Positions 19,924 through 28,457 of a stretch of 64,000 nucleotides of DNA are shown piece after piece. Position 1 is the stretch's first letter; every line of letters starts with the position of its first letter. Origin of the DNA: a virus (Duplodnaviria; Caudoviricetes); IMG/VR virus record IMGVR_UViG_3300031414_000022, positions 1,020 through 65,019 of that record; one strand, given 5' to 3'. The notes beneath the pieces were generated by a model that had not been told where the DNA came from, ran no database searches, and was given only the letters and a program-made list of their open reading frames with translations. A program made the translations under genes and the position numbers.

Positions 19924-20631
19924 ATGCTGTTTACTAATGCAACTGACATTGTTCAGACCAACGAAGCTGACCTGCTGCCTGGTGAAATGATTCAGGAAGA
20001 AGGCCAAGCGCTGGTATGGGTTAAAGAAGGCGGTAAAACTTATCTGAAAGTTTCTACCGGTGCTGCTGATGAAGTGTTTGCTGGTTTCGCAATCGCGCGT
20101 CTGCTGCCTCCTACCCACCAGATCCGCGTTGAAGAGTTCACCATCGACGCAACTGGTCGCTTCACTGCTGGTCGTCTGCCAGAAGCTGGCGCGATGCTGG
20201 TTAAAATCGGCGGCGTTAAAGCTACTCAGGAAGCTGACGATGCTGCTTCTGCTGCTGGCTCAGTCGGTGTTGACGGCAGTAACCTGTACTTCCACAAAGA
20301 CGACATTGGTAAGAAAGTTTACATCCAATACGGCTATGTGCTGAATGCTGTTGAAGCCCGTTCGTTCCTGGCTGACGCACCAATCGGCGGTCTGGCTGCT
20401 AACCAGCTGGGTCGTTGTGGTTATATCAAGTTGGGCAACGTTGCTACCAACATGATTGACTTCGCTGCTGACTGGTCTGCTGACAACGTACTGCACCCTA
20501 ACCTGGGTCCAGAAGGTCGTCTGACTGTTGGTGGTACCGGTACTCTGCTGAAAGGCGTTATGATCAAGCAGGCACCAACCTCTGAACGCGGCTACATCAT
20601 CTTTGAGATGGCGTCTAGCTACGGTCAGTAA
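19924..20631 (+). CDS. head structural protein (decoration/cement-like)
   Basis: Immediately upstream of the capsid gene; high-expression codon bias; RBS GGAG. Confidence 0.55.
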   Translation: MLFTNATDIVQTNEADLLPGEMIQEEGQALVWVKEGGKTYLKVSTGAADEVFAGFAIARLLPPTHQIRVEEFTIDATGRFTAGRLPEAGAMLVKIGGVKATQEADDAASAAGSVGVDGSNLYFHKDDIGKKVYIQYGYVLNAVEARSFLADAPIGGLAANQLGRCGYIKLGNVATNMIDFAADWSADNVLHPNLGPEGRLTVGGTGTLLKGVMIKQAPTSERGYIIFEMASSYGQ

Positions 20632-20692
20632 TCCGTCGCGCATTGTGACAACGAACAATTATTATTGAGAGCTTTTCTCAGGAGATTTGCAA

Positions 20693-21808
20693 ATGGCTCA
20701 GAACCAAATGATGCGCGGCGCTAAAGTTACCCTGCGTAACGGTGCCCCAATTGAAGACCTGCGTTTTGGTGGAAAGGGCGGTCTTGCACTGTCTCAGTCT
20801 ACTGGTGAAGTCAATGCGTGGGATAGCAAAGACCTGCTGGCGAACATCGGCCGTATGCTGCAAGAAGCATCTGCTGGTAACATCGTCCAGTCTACCAGCG
20901 GTTCAGAATCAGCACTGTCTGAATCTCAGGTTAAAGAACAGCGTCGTGAACTGCTGGAAGAAGCAGTAAACGATCCTACTGGTGAGAAGTGGGCTTCTCT
21001 GGGTGCATCGATTGTTGGTTCAATCGAAGACCGTGCAGAGCGTCAGGGTATCCTGCGTCGCATCTGTAAAGGCGCTACCATCCGTCAGGGCGACGTTGCT
21101 CGTGTCGAACTGAAAACTCACCAGGCTGAAGGTATCATCGCTGTCGGTCCTACTGACTACGGTTATCGTCTGCTGCGCGGCCGTGTGTTTACCCCGCAGG
21201 AATTCGAACTGAAATCCAACATCCGTGTTTCTAAAATGGATCTGGACCAGATCAACGGCGACCTGCTGGACCGCGCTCAGCAAGATGGTCTGTCAGCCAT
21301 CATGGTTGCAGAAGACCGTCTGTGGAAACGCAGCGTAGATATGGCTGTTGGCATTGCTAACCCAATCAACTACGTTCACGGTGACCTGACTCCACGTCTG
21401 CTGTCTCAGCTTCGCACTCAGGTGTCAAGCTGGCCGATGCCTGTCAGCACTGCTATCATGGCTGCTGACTACTGGAACGATATCGTTGGTAACGATCAGT
21501 TCACCTCTGCTCTGGACCCAGTGTCCAAGTATGACCTGATCACCACCGGTCGTCTGGGTACCCTGCTGGGTATGGAACTGATCACTGACGGCTTCCGCGC
21601 ACCAGAGCACCGCGTTCTGAACGACGGTGAACTGTACGTTGTTGCTGACCAGGATTACCACGGTATCTACACCACCCGTGGCGGCACGCAGTCTACTCCT
21701 ACCTCTGGCGCAAACCAGGGTAACACAGACCGCGGCTGGTTGCTGTCAAGCACCTTCTCCTTCACGCTGGCTAACGTGCGTTCAGTCGCCAAAGCTGTTA
21801 AAGCGTAA
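20693..21808 (+). CDS. major capsid protein
   Basis: ~370 aa, strongest codon bias in the window, RBS AGGAG, follows protease/scaffold, followed by a terminator. GRLGTLLGMELITD and LYVVAD segments fit the HK97 fold. Confidence 0.8.
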   Translation: MAQNQMMRGAKVTLRNGAPIEDLRFGGKGGLALSQSTGEVNAWDSKDLLANIGRMLQEASAGNIVQSTSGSESALSESQVKEQRRELLEEAVNDPTGEKWASLGASIVGSIEDRAERQGILRRICKGATIRQGDVARVELKTHQAEGIIAVGPTDYGYRLLRGRVFTPQEFELKSNIRVSKMDLDQINGDLLDRAQQDGLSAIMVAEDRLWKRSVDMAVGIANPINYVHGDLTPRLLSQLRTQVSSWPMPVSTAIMAADYWNDIVGNDQFTSALDPVSKYDLITTGRLGTLLGMELITDGFRAPEHRVLNDGELYVVADQDYHGIYTTRGGTQSTPTSGANQGNTDRGWLLSSTFSFTLANVRSVAKAVKA

Positions 21809-21821
21809 TCCCGTGCAAACA

Positions 21822-21845
21822 AGGGCAGCGTGAGTTGCCCTATTT
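21822..21845 (+). terminator. intrinsic terminator after capsid gene
   Basis: AGGGCAGC-GTGA-GTTGCCCT followed by ATTT. Confidence 0.6.
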
Positions 21846-21858
21846 CTGAGGACCAAAC

Positions 21859-22269
21859 ATGAAATCGTTATCTGGTTCCTTAGCTGCACTGGCGATTCTC
21901 GCTGCGCGTGACGGAAATATGGAAGACGCTGCTCGCATGTTATCGCAAGCGGCTGTCGCTCCAGACAGTGAACTGTTCCTTGAAGAATCTCTGAATGGGA
22001 ACTATGTAGTAGCTGCTATCGTTGATTCTGTTAGCTGCACGTTGACCAATTCCATGTCCGAGTCTGTTGCTGCACTAAGTGCGGCGCTTGAGATTCAGGG
22101 TGAGGAAGATCGACGAGCTGCTATCAGCGCATCCCTTTATGGTGATGATGAAGAGATTGATGTTAGCCTCGCTTCAAACGAAGACGAGGACGATGTTGAT
22201 TTCGACCTTGGAGACGATGAGGAGGATGAAGAGATTTCAAACTCATCCTCTTTAATCAGATTCGATTAA
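21859..22269 (+). CDS. small acidic protein (putative head-associated)
   Basis: N-terminus MKSLSG; acidic C-terminus; RBS GAGG. Confidence 0.55.
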   Translation: MKSLSGSLAALAILAARDGNMEDAARMLSQAAVAPDSELFLEESLNGNYVVAAIVDSVSCTLTNSMSESVAALSAALEIQGEEDRRAAISASLYGDDEEIDVSLASNEDEDDVDFDLGDDEEDEEISNSSSLIRFD

Positions 22270-22291
22270 GGCCCGATAGCGGGTAACCAAA

Positions 22292-22316
22292 GGGGTCCTT
22301 AAGGGGGCCCCTTTTT
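22292..22316 (+). terminator. intrinsic terminator
   Basis: GGGGTCCT-TAAG-GGGGCCCC followed by TTTTT. Confidence 0.8.
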
Positions 22317-22329
22317 CGTATCTGGAGCC

Positions 22330-23058
22330 GTGGAAATGTCGATGAAAGACATGATGCAGAACAGCACCAGCCTCAAAGCAACCATCTTTGGCATCCAGCG
22401 TCAGTTCCGTAATGGCTATGGACTAACGCGCTTTGTATGGTCTGTTCACAACAATCCCAAGCAGGGTATTCGAGCACTCAACGCACAGTCCACTGATTAT
22501 CCCTACGGTTGGTTTAAGTTGACCAACATGGCATTCAATCGTGAACTCATGCAGAACCCCAAGTCTGCTGGACGCTTCGGTACTGGCTGGGCACTCAACC
22601 CAGACCCTGACAACGCGATTGTGGTACAGAACTATTATTTCCCTGTGACACTCAGTGCGGAAGTCACGGTCAAGTTTATGCAGATTGATGAGGCTCTTGC
22701 ATTCTGCCAACAGATGCTGGTGGCAAGTCTTGTTGAACTCATGGCATTTGAAATCAAGATGCCTACCACGCAGTTTACCGTGCGTGTATTGCTTGACGGT
22801 GAAGCCATTCCTTTCCCTTACATCGAAGACTTGGATGATGGCTCAACTCCAGGCAGCTTTGAAATCATCATACCTCTGACTATTCAGACCAAGATTGGAT
22901 TCTCTACCGACCAAGCCAAAATCAACAACTATGGCGAAGTCACAATGAATACCAAGCTGGACATTGATGATTACGAGGCAGGAACCACCAGCATCCCACC
23001 GCCTCCGGGTGATGGTTTCGACGACGCCGAAGAGGACGATGACAATGTACACCCGTAA
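22330..23058 (+). CDS. neck/tail-completion-type structural protein
   Basis: Lies between head and sheath genes; beta/alpha pattern compatible with a tail terminator (inference). Confidence 0.45.
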   Translation: MEMSMKDMMQNSTSLKATIFGIQRQFRNGYGLTRFVWSVHNNPKQGIRALNAQSTDYPYGWFKLTNMAFNRELMQNPKSAGRFGTGWALNPDPDNAIVVQNYYFPVTLSAEVTVKFMQIDEALAFCQQMLVASLVELMAFEIKMPTTQFTVRVLLDGEAIPFPYIEDLDDGSTPGSFEIIIPLTIQTKIGFSTDQAKINNYGEVTMNTKLDIDDYEAGTTSIPPPPGDGFDDAEEDDDNVHP

Positions 23059-23389
23059 GCCTTACCGCCCTCTTGACCGTACTCTGGTAGTTGATGCCCG
23101 TGTGCGTAGCGTGTCAGGACAGCAAAACGCTATCTTGACCTCTAACTCAACGGCAGCAGGTATCCCACTGGACGAGCCTTACATGGAGCAGCGCGTTGTC
23201 GTTGGCCCTGCTGGGTATGAATTACGTCCTACTCAAAACGTGCTGTTTATCACAACAGCCGAGCCTATTAAGATGCAGCTAGGTACAACGGCAATTACCA
23301 TCGACGGACAGTTCATTCTCACAGGCAAACAGCCCGCCTGTGTATTGGTCAGCGATGTGCCGGTAACTGTTAACGTAATCCAATCGTAA
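23045..23389 (+). CDS. hypothetical structural protein
   Basis: ATG 23045 overlaps the upstream stop region (track start 22964). Confidence 0.5.
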   Translation: MYTRKPYRPLDRTLVVDARVRSVSGQQNAILTSNSTAAGIPLDEPYMEQRVVVGPAGYELRPTQNVLFITTAEPIKMQLGTTAITIDGQFILTGKQPACVLVSDVPVTVNVIQS

Positions 23390-23399
23390 GATCTAGGTT

Positions 23400-23412
23400 A
23401 CGCTAATTTAGC
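23400..23412 (+). promoter_or_regulatory. ACGCTAATTTAG motif upstream of tail sheath
   Basis: Member of the recurring GCTAATTT motif, ~50 nt before the ATG. Confidence 0.5.
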
Positions 23413-23452
23413 ATAGTCTTAATACGTTGTGCATTCTCATGGAGACGGTAAT

Positions 23453-25144
23453 ATGCTCGTAACAAATCACCCCTCCCCAGGGGTATACTCCTTAGAGAAT
23501 GACCGTTCCAATCAACAGACTCTGGTCACTAACGGTGTTTGTTCTTTGGTCCTGCCATTCCCGAAAGGTGATGTGGGAGTAAACACGACTGTTACTTCGA
23601 TCGATGAGATCAACGCAAAGTTTGGTCCTGCAAAAGGTTCTAGCCCATACGCAAAGAACGTTGCATACGCCAAAATCCTGATGACTAAGGCTAGTCGCCT
23701 GAACATCACGCGTGTGGGTCTCAATGTCAAGTACGGTGGTGTGTATCTCACTCTTTTTAAAAACTTCTGCACCTGCCGTCCGCTGGGCGATGCTGGACTT
23801 GTAGACCCAACGCAGATTCCATTCACTGAATCGGATATCGGCCTGTTCTACTCTGTCAATGGCTACAGCCGCGCTAACGAAACATTCATTACCGTTGAAC
23901 CCGACGTGAATGACGCACAGGCTATTCGTGCTATCGTTAAGGTGTACCAAGCAGGCAGCCTGACTCCCGTCGAGAAGTTCACTGTTACCACGTTCTATTA
24001 CAAGGACGGCAGCGGTAATCAGTTGTTCATCGAAGACGTGATCAACAACGGTAGTGAGTACGTTCGCTTCAAGCTGAATGACTCTAACTACAAGCTGTTG
24101 CAGGACCCTAACTTCATCGTGCTTAATGCCGTTGCTGGTGGACCTGCTGACCCAACTGACCCTGCCAGCATCAACGGCCAGTTCACTGGTGGTTCAGATG
24201 GCGACCTGATTGATATCGATCACAGTGACCCAATCATTGCTAATCGCAGCCTGAGTGCTGTGTTGAATGCTTGGGATAACTATCGTGATTGGGAAGACAT
24301 TCAGGCAGGCATCTTGTGTGCTGGTGGCCTTGAGCACCCAGTGGTTGCAAGCAAGCTGGATGAAATGGCACTCAACCGCCAAGACAGCATTGCAGTCAAC
24401 GGCTTGCCTGTAGCAATGCAGGCGCGTGATAAAGCAGTTGCTTACCGTCGTGGCATCTTGCCATACATGGGCGCTGAGTTCTCTATCACAAGTAGCTGGT
24501 CATGCTTGACCAACAGTGACGTCCTGTACCGCGATACTGACAACGCACGCGACATTTATGTACCTGCTTCGATCTGTATGGCTTATGCCATGCTGAACAC
24601 GGACCAGATTGCACAGTGGCTTGCTCCTGGCGGTATGAATCGCGGTCAAATGGACTTTGCTAAAGACGTTCGCTATCGCTTTAAACAAGGCGACCGTGAC
24701 GTTCTCAACGACAACCAGATTAACCCTATCGCTGTGTTCGATGGCGAAGGTATTTATGTCTGGGGCGCTGATACCACTATGACGACCAAGAGTCCTCTTA
24801 ATGATATCGGTGTGCGTCGTCTGCTGGCAATGCTTCATGCCTCTGTCCGTGCAAACAACCTGCGTGCAGTGTTCGAGCCGAACGATGATGTGCTGAAACA
24901 GAACCAACGAGTGGGTATGGAGTCTATCCTCGAACCTATCAAACAGGGTCGTGGTCTGGACTGGTATGCTGTTGAGTGTAACTACAAAAACAACACAGCC
25001 GAAGATGAAGCACGTGGTGACCTGATCATCGACGTATTCCTCGACCCAACTCGCTATACTAAGCGCATCCACGTTACTGCTATCGTGCCACCTGTTGGTG
25101 ATATTCAGTACGCGCTTGACCTCATCAACAAAGGCAGCCTGTAA
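23453..25144 (+). CDS. contractile tail sheath protein
   Basis: SPGVY N-terminus; W.APGG.NRG, INPI..F..EG..VWG..T, IGVRRLL, FEPND, RGDL.IDV...P: canonical sheath motifs. Confidence 0.93.
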   Translation: MLVTNHPSPGVYSLENDRSNQQTLVTNGVCSLVLPFPKGDVGVNTTVTSIDEINAKFGPAKGSSPYAKNVAYAKILMTKASRLNITRVGLNVKYGGVYLTLFKNFCTCRPLGDAGLVDPTQIPFTESDIGLFYSVNGYSRANETFITVEPDVNDAQAIRAIVKVYQAGSLTPVEKFTVTTFYYKDGSGNQLFIEDVINNGSEYVRFKLNDSNYKLLQDPNFIVLNAVAGGPADPTDPASINGQFTGGSDGDLIDIDHSDPIIANRSLSAVLNAWDNYRDWEDIQAGILCAGGLEHPVVASKLDEMALNRQDSIAVNGLPVAMQARDKAVAYRRGILPYMGAEFSITSSWSCLTNSDVLYRDTDNARDIYVPASICMAYAMLNTDQIAQWLAPGGMNRGQMDFAKDVRYRFKQGDRDVLNDNQINPIAVFDGEGIYVWGADTTMTTKSPLNDIGVRRLLAMLHASVRANNLRAVFEPNDDVLKQNQRVGMESILEPIKQGRGLDWYAVECNYKNNTAEDEARGDLIIDVFLDPTRYTKRIHVTAIVPPVGDIQYALDLINKGSL

Positions 25145-25154
25145 GGAGTTCTAA

Positions 25155-25673
25155 ATGCCTAAGGTAACTCTTGATGAATTTGCATCAACGGCTGATCCGC
25201 TGTTAGATGATAACTTCGAGTTTCTGATTCCCAACCCGCCTTCCGAGACAGGTGGTTCAGAATACGCTCGTGCGCTGCGCATCATGTGTAAGACCGGCGT
25301 TAAGCCTGGTAGTACCGTGGAAGAAGTGTTGAAAGAAGCATTTGGCCACCAGCTCAACTATGCTGGCCGCAAGATCTTCTCTCACAGTCTCAGCACTGAG
25401 TACAACGAAAACGCCGAGATGGCTATCTACAAACCACTGGAAGCATGGCACGATAAGATCCGTGCTACGCAGACCCAGCTTGGTGCTGTGAAAGCCGAAT
25501 ACTCAACCAAAGCAATCTTCCGTATCTTCAAACAGGACGGTAGTGTTGTGGCTGAGTATGAAATCTACGGCGTATGGCCTAAGCAGGTCCCTGACTTGCA
25601 GTTCAGTGGTGCAGCTCAGGCAGTACCAGTGTCAATCGAATGGTCCTTCGACTACGCGCTGCGAACCGTTTAA
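25155..25673 (+). CDS. tail tube protein (T4 gp19-like)
   Basis: Follows the sheath; YAGRK, W.D.I, Y.IYGVWP..V..L.FS motifs. Confidence 0.85.
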   Translation: MPKVTLDEFASTADPLLDDNFEFLIPNPPSETGGSEYARALRIMCKTGVKPGSTVEEVLKEAFGHQLNYAGRKIFSHSLSTEYNENAEMAIYKPLEAWHDKIRATQTQLGAVKAEYSTKAIFRIFKQDGSVVAEYEIYGVWPKQVPDLQFSGAAQAVPVSIEWSFDYALRTV

Positions 25674-25677
25674 TCGT

Positions 25678-25699
25678 ATGGGGCCTTGTGCCCCATTTT
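25678..25699 (+). terminator. intrinsic terminator
   Basis: ATGGGGC-CTTGT-GCCCCAT followed by TTT. Confidence 0.7.
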
Positions 25700-25718
25700 C
25701 GTTTCTGGGAGAATTTTT

Positions 25719-26399
25719 ATGCTGCCGCTTTTCATTAGCGTTAGTGCCAGAAAGCCCAAGGGTGTTGCTGTCAAAGACTGTGATTGGTATCGCTTTGAAG
25801 GGCAACGTGCAGTCAGTGTGGAAAACAGTGAGTTTGAAGCCGATGTCGAATATAAAGACGTTTATGGCATTAGTAATCTGGGCGTTAACAAGTTCGTTCT
25901 GCTGCATCGAGAAGACCCATCAGTCCAGTTCGAAATCGATGCGAAAACAGTTCGTAGCTTGCTTGGCCGCAGTCGTCCTTTTACAGGTACCATCAGCGGG
26001 ATAAAAGTCTCAGCCAAGCCTAAAGGAACCAAAGCACAGACAAAGGACACGCCAACAGACTCTGCCCAGAAAGGCAAAATGAAAGTGTGGACAGCGGTGC
26101 CTGGCTCCAAGCCGGAAAACAAAAAGATTACCAAACTCTTGCAATCGCTGCCTGTCGATGGTGCTGCTGGTATTCAGTATCTCGCACGCGTTCCATTCCC
26201 TAGCGGTGAGCTTTATAATTACTACGAGGCATCAACCACTTTTAGCAGCTATGATAACAAGCAGCGTGCCAAGTGGGAACGTGACATGGAAGATGCTGTG
26301 ATTCGCAAGGCCGGCCAGTTGGGTCTTGTTGTAGGTGCAACGTTCCTCAAGTTTAATGACGGTACAGTGCATCCAGTGCTTGTCTTGGTAGAGGAATAA
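25719..26399 (+). CDS. hypothetical protein of the window-wide paralogous beta-domain family
   Basis: ATG with GGGAG RBS; N-terminal FISVSA; domain WYRFEG...DVYGI...F.L...P...F.ID. Confidence 0.6.
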   Translation: MLPLFISVSARKPKGVAVKDCDWYRFEGQRAVSVENSEFEADVEYKDVYGISNLGVNKFVLLHREDPSVQFEIDAKTVRSLLGRSRPFTGTISGIKVSAKPKGTKAQTKDTPTDSAQKGKMKVWTAVPGSKPENKKITKLLQSLPVDGAAGIQYLARVPFPSGELYNYYEASTTFSSYDNKQRAKWERDMEDAVIRKAGQLGLVVGATFLKFNDGTVHPVLVLVEE

Positions 26400-26403
26400 A
26401 AGT

Positions 26404-26919
26404 ATGGCAGCGGTAACTCTTGATGAACTGCAAGACTCGTCACAGCCTGGCCTTGCAGATCCTTTCATGCTGGACAAGTGGCGTATTCTCACACTGCCTC
26501 AGATTAGTGGTGTGAGTCTAAGCCCGATAGCGTGTGAAGAAGTTGGGCTGCCTTTTCCTGTCTTCCAACAAAAGACAAAAGAGGTAGCTACCACCAGCTT
26601 CTCTTGGCCTCACGCAACAAACGTTGATGGCTTTACTGCACAGTTTGGACTTGACCAAAAGGCCGCTGTGATTCGCTATTATACAGCATGGCAAAACCTT
26701 ATTCAGAATCCATATACTGGTGGCATGAGACTTCCATCAGTGTACAAGAAACGCCTTGAAGTTGCCTTGTTTGATAATCAGGGCAATCAAATCATGGTAC
26801 AAGAACTGCGCAACGTGTGGCCTTTAGGCATGCAGGAGCTATCGCTTAATGCTACTGGTGGGCGCGGTCATATCAGTATTCAATTCGAGTGTGACGTAGC
26901 ACGCTCCATTTTTAGTTGA
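26404..26919 (+). CDS. second tube-like protein (tube initiator, gp54-like)
   Basis: VTLDE N-terminus and LRNVWP motif shared with the tube protein. Confidence 0.7.
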   Translation: MAAVTLDELQDSSQPGLADPFMLDKWRILTLPQISGVSLSPIACEEVGLPFPVFQQKTKEVATTSFSWPHATNVDGFTAQFGLDQKAAVIRYYTAWQNLIQNPYTGGMRLPSVYKKRLEVALFDNQGNQIMVQELRNVWPLGMQELSLNATGGRGHISIQFECDVARSIFS

Positions 26920-26926
26920 GGCACTT

Positions 26927-27625
26927 ATGGTTATCGATATTCTCACGTTAAATCTTCCTTCCAGGGGTTGGAAATCAGGACTGCCTGAGAGCTTTGAGAT
27001 GGAAAAGTTCAGCGGTCGTCACACAATGAACATCGCTATGGCAGCACAGAAAGACGACATGGAAATCCTGTTGACTCAAGTCCTGCCGGATTGCCTGTCT
27101 ATCCCAATCGACAGCCTGACTATCAACGATGCCCACCACCTGCTGTTCTTGCAGCGTATGCTGATGAACCACGCCAGCCCTGTTGTGGTCAACTGGACGT
27201 GTCGCAAGCCACTGTTCCGTTATTCAAGTGGCGTGTTCAACACGATTCAAGGCGATATCCCAGCCCTTGACCAATTCCCTTGTGAGAACTTTAACCAGAG
27301 CATTATCGATGACCAAAGCTGTGCCGTTGCTGTGCTGGATGCTGCTTCGGACGAGTTTGACCTGGCCCGTATGCGTCATTATCACCACACGCTGGATGAG
27401 AATGCCTTGTTCAACTGGCACGCAGCCCACATGGGCCCGAACTTTGATGCCAACATTGCACGCCTTGAATCGCAGCAGGACCTTGAGCTGTGGACAAGAC
27501 TTAGCGCGTGGGTAATCAAAGCACGTCATGGACTCAGCACACAGATCAACGTGACCTGTGATCACTGCGGCCGTCCTTCGGGCCGTGAGTGGGACATGCG
27601 TCCACGAGTGTTTATCAATGCTTGA
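26927..27625 (+). CDS. baseplate hub assembly chaperone (T4 gp26/gp51-like)
   Basis: LNLPSRG, D...LL...R, C-terminal TCDHCG; precedes the tape-measure-like gene. Confidence 0.55.
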   Translation: MVIDILTLNLPSRGWKSGLPESFEMEKFSGRHTMNIAMAAQKDDMEILLTQVLPDCLSIPIDSLTINDAHHLLFLQRMLMNHASPVVVNWTCRKPLFRYSSGVFNTIQGDIPALDQFPCENFNQSIIDDQSCAVAVLDAASDEFDLARMRHYHHTLDENALFNWHAAHMGPNFDANIARLESQQDLELWTRLSAWVIKARHGLSTQINVTCDHCGRPSGREWDMRPRVFINA

Positions 27626-28457
27626 GATTAGCCTACCGTCAGGCAGACCTGATGTGCGTATCAAAAAGGTTACGTCAGACTTTATGACGGGCCTGTATAA
27701 CGCGCAAAAGTACAAGCTGCCTCACTTACTTGTCGATACACTCAACCACTTTACCAACATCAATATTCGGGAAATGTATCTCGAAGATTTTCGGTACATG
27801 CTGGCGATGTTCGATAAAGATAGCTGGCCTCGAAGCCACAGGATGTATGAGTGGCGCTGCACACGTCCCTACTATGTGGACATGCGTGGTGAACGCTTTT
27901 ATACACGTCCTCTTGATAGAACGTATCACGAACTCCAGTGCAACATGCTTAACACGGAAGAAGTTTCCAAGTTTCGTACTGTGACCAACAAGTGGCGTGC
28001 CATGCCTCCTGGCTTGCGTCATCCTACTGTACAACGCTGGGCTGATGCCTATGTTCTCAGTGAGACTGTTGGTCCTGTAGCACTACAGGCAATGTACATC
28101 GACAGTGACCTCAGCATTGAAGATACAATTGCCAACACGCCGCCCGATGAGTTGATGAACGTCTCCAAGCATGTGTTCGAGATCTGCGAACTGGAGACAA
28201 CGTTCAAGTGTAACCGATGCTTCCGCACGTACACCCAGCGCACGGCTGTTGACCTGTTGAGTTACCTGCGTGTGTACAGTGACGCGTCCATGATGAATAT
28301 GAGCATGGACCTCACGACAAACAAGGGCACGTACATTCCTGACAACATTCCCATTGAGAAACTTCTTTACTGGCATAGCTGCTTTATCAAAGATATGCAG
28401 CGGGCTAAGGAAGAGGCTGCTCTCCAGAAAAGTAAACGCAAAGGAGGGAAGCGCTAA
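27618..28457 (+). CDS. baseplate hub assembly chaperone paralogue
   Basis: ISLPSG, DFRYML, WRC..P, KCNRC; ATG 27618 overlaps the upstream stop (track start 27558). Confidence 0.5.
   Translation: MLEISLPSGRPDVRIKKVTSDFMTGLYNAQKYKLPHLLVDTLNHFTNINIREMYLEDFRYMLAMFDKDSWPRSHRMYEWRCTRPYYVDMRGERFYTRPLDRTYHELQCNMLNTEEVSKFRTVTNKWRAMPPGLRHPTVQRWADAYVLSETVGPVALQAMYIDSDLSIEDTIANTPPDELMNVSKHVFEICELETTFKCNRCFRTYTQRTAVDLLSYLRVYSDASMMNMSMDLTTNKGTYIPDNIPIEKLLYWHSCFIKDMQRAKEEAALQKSKRKGGKR

Noticed and set aside
27600-27630. Programmed -1 frameshift between tail chaperones
   Set aside because: No X XXY YYZ heptamer seen, and the second ORF has its own ATG.
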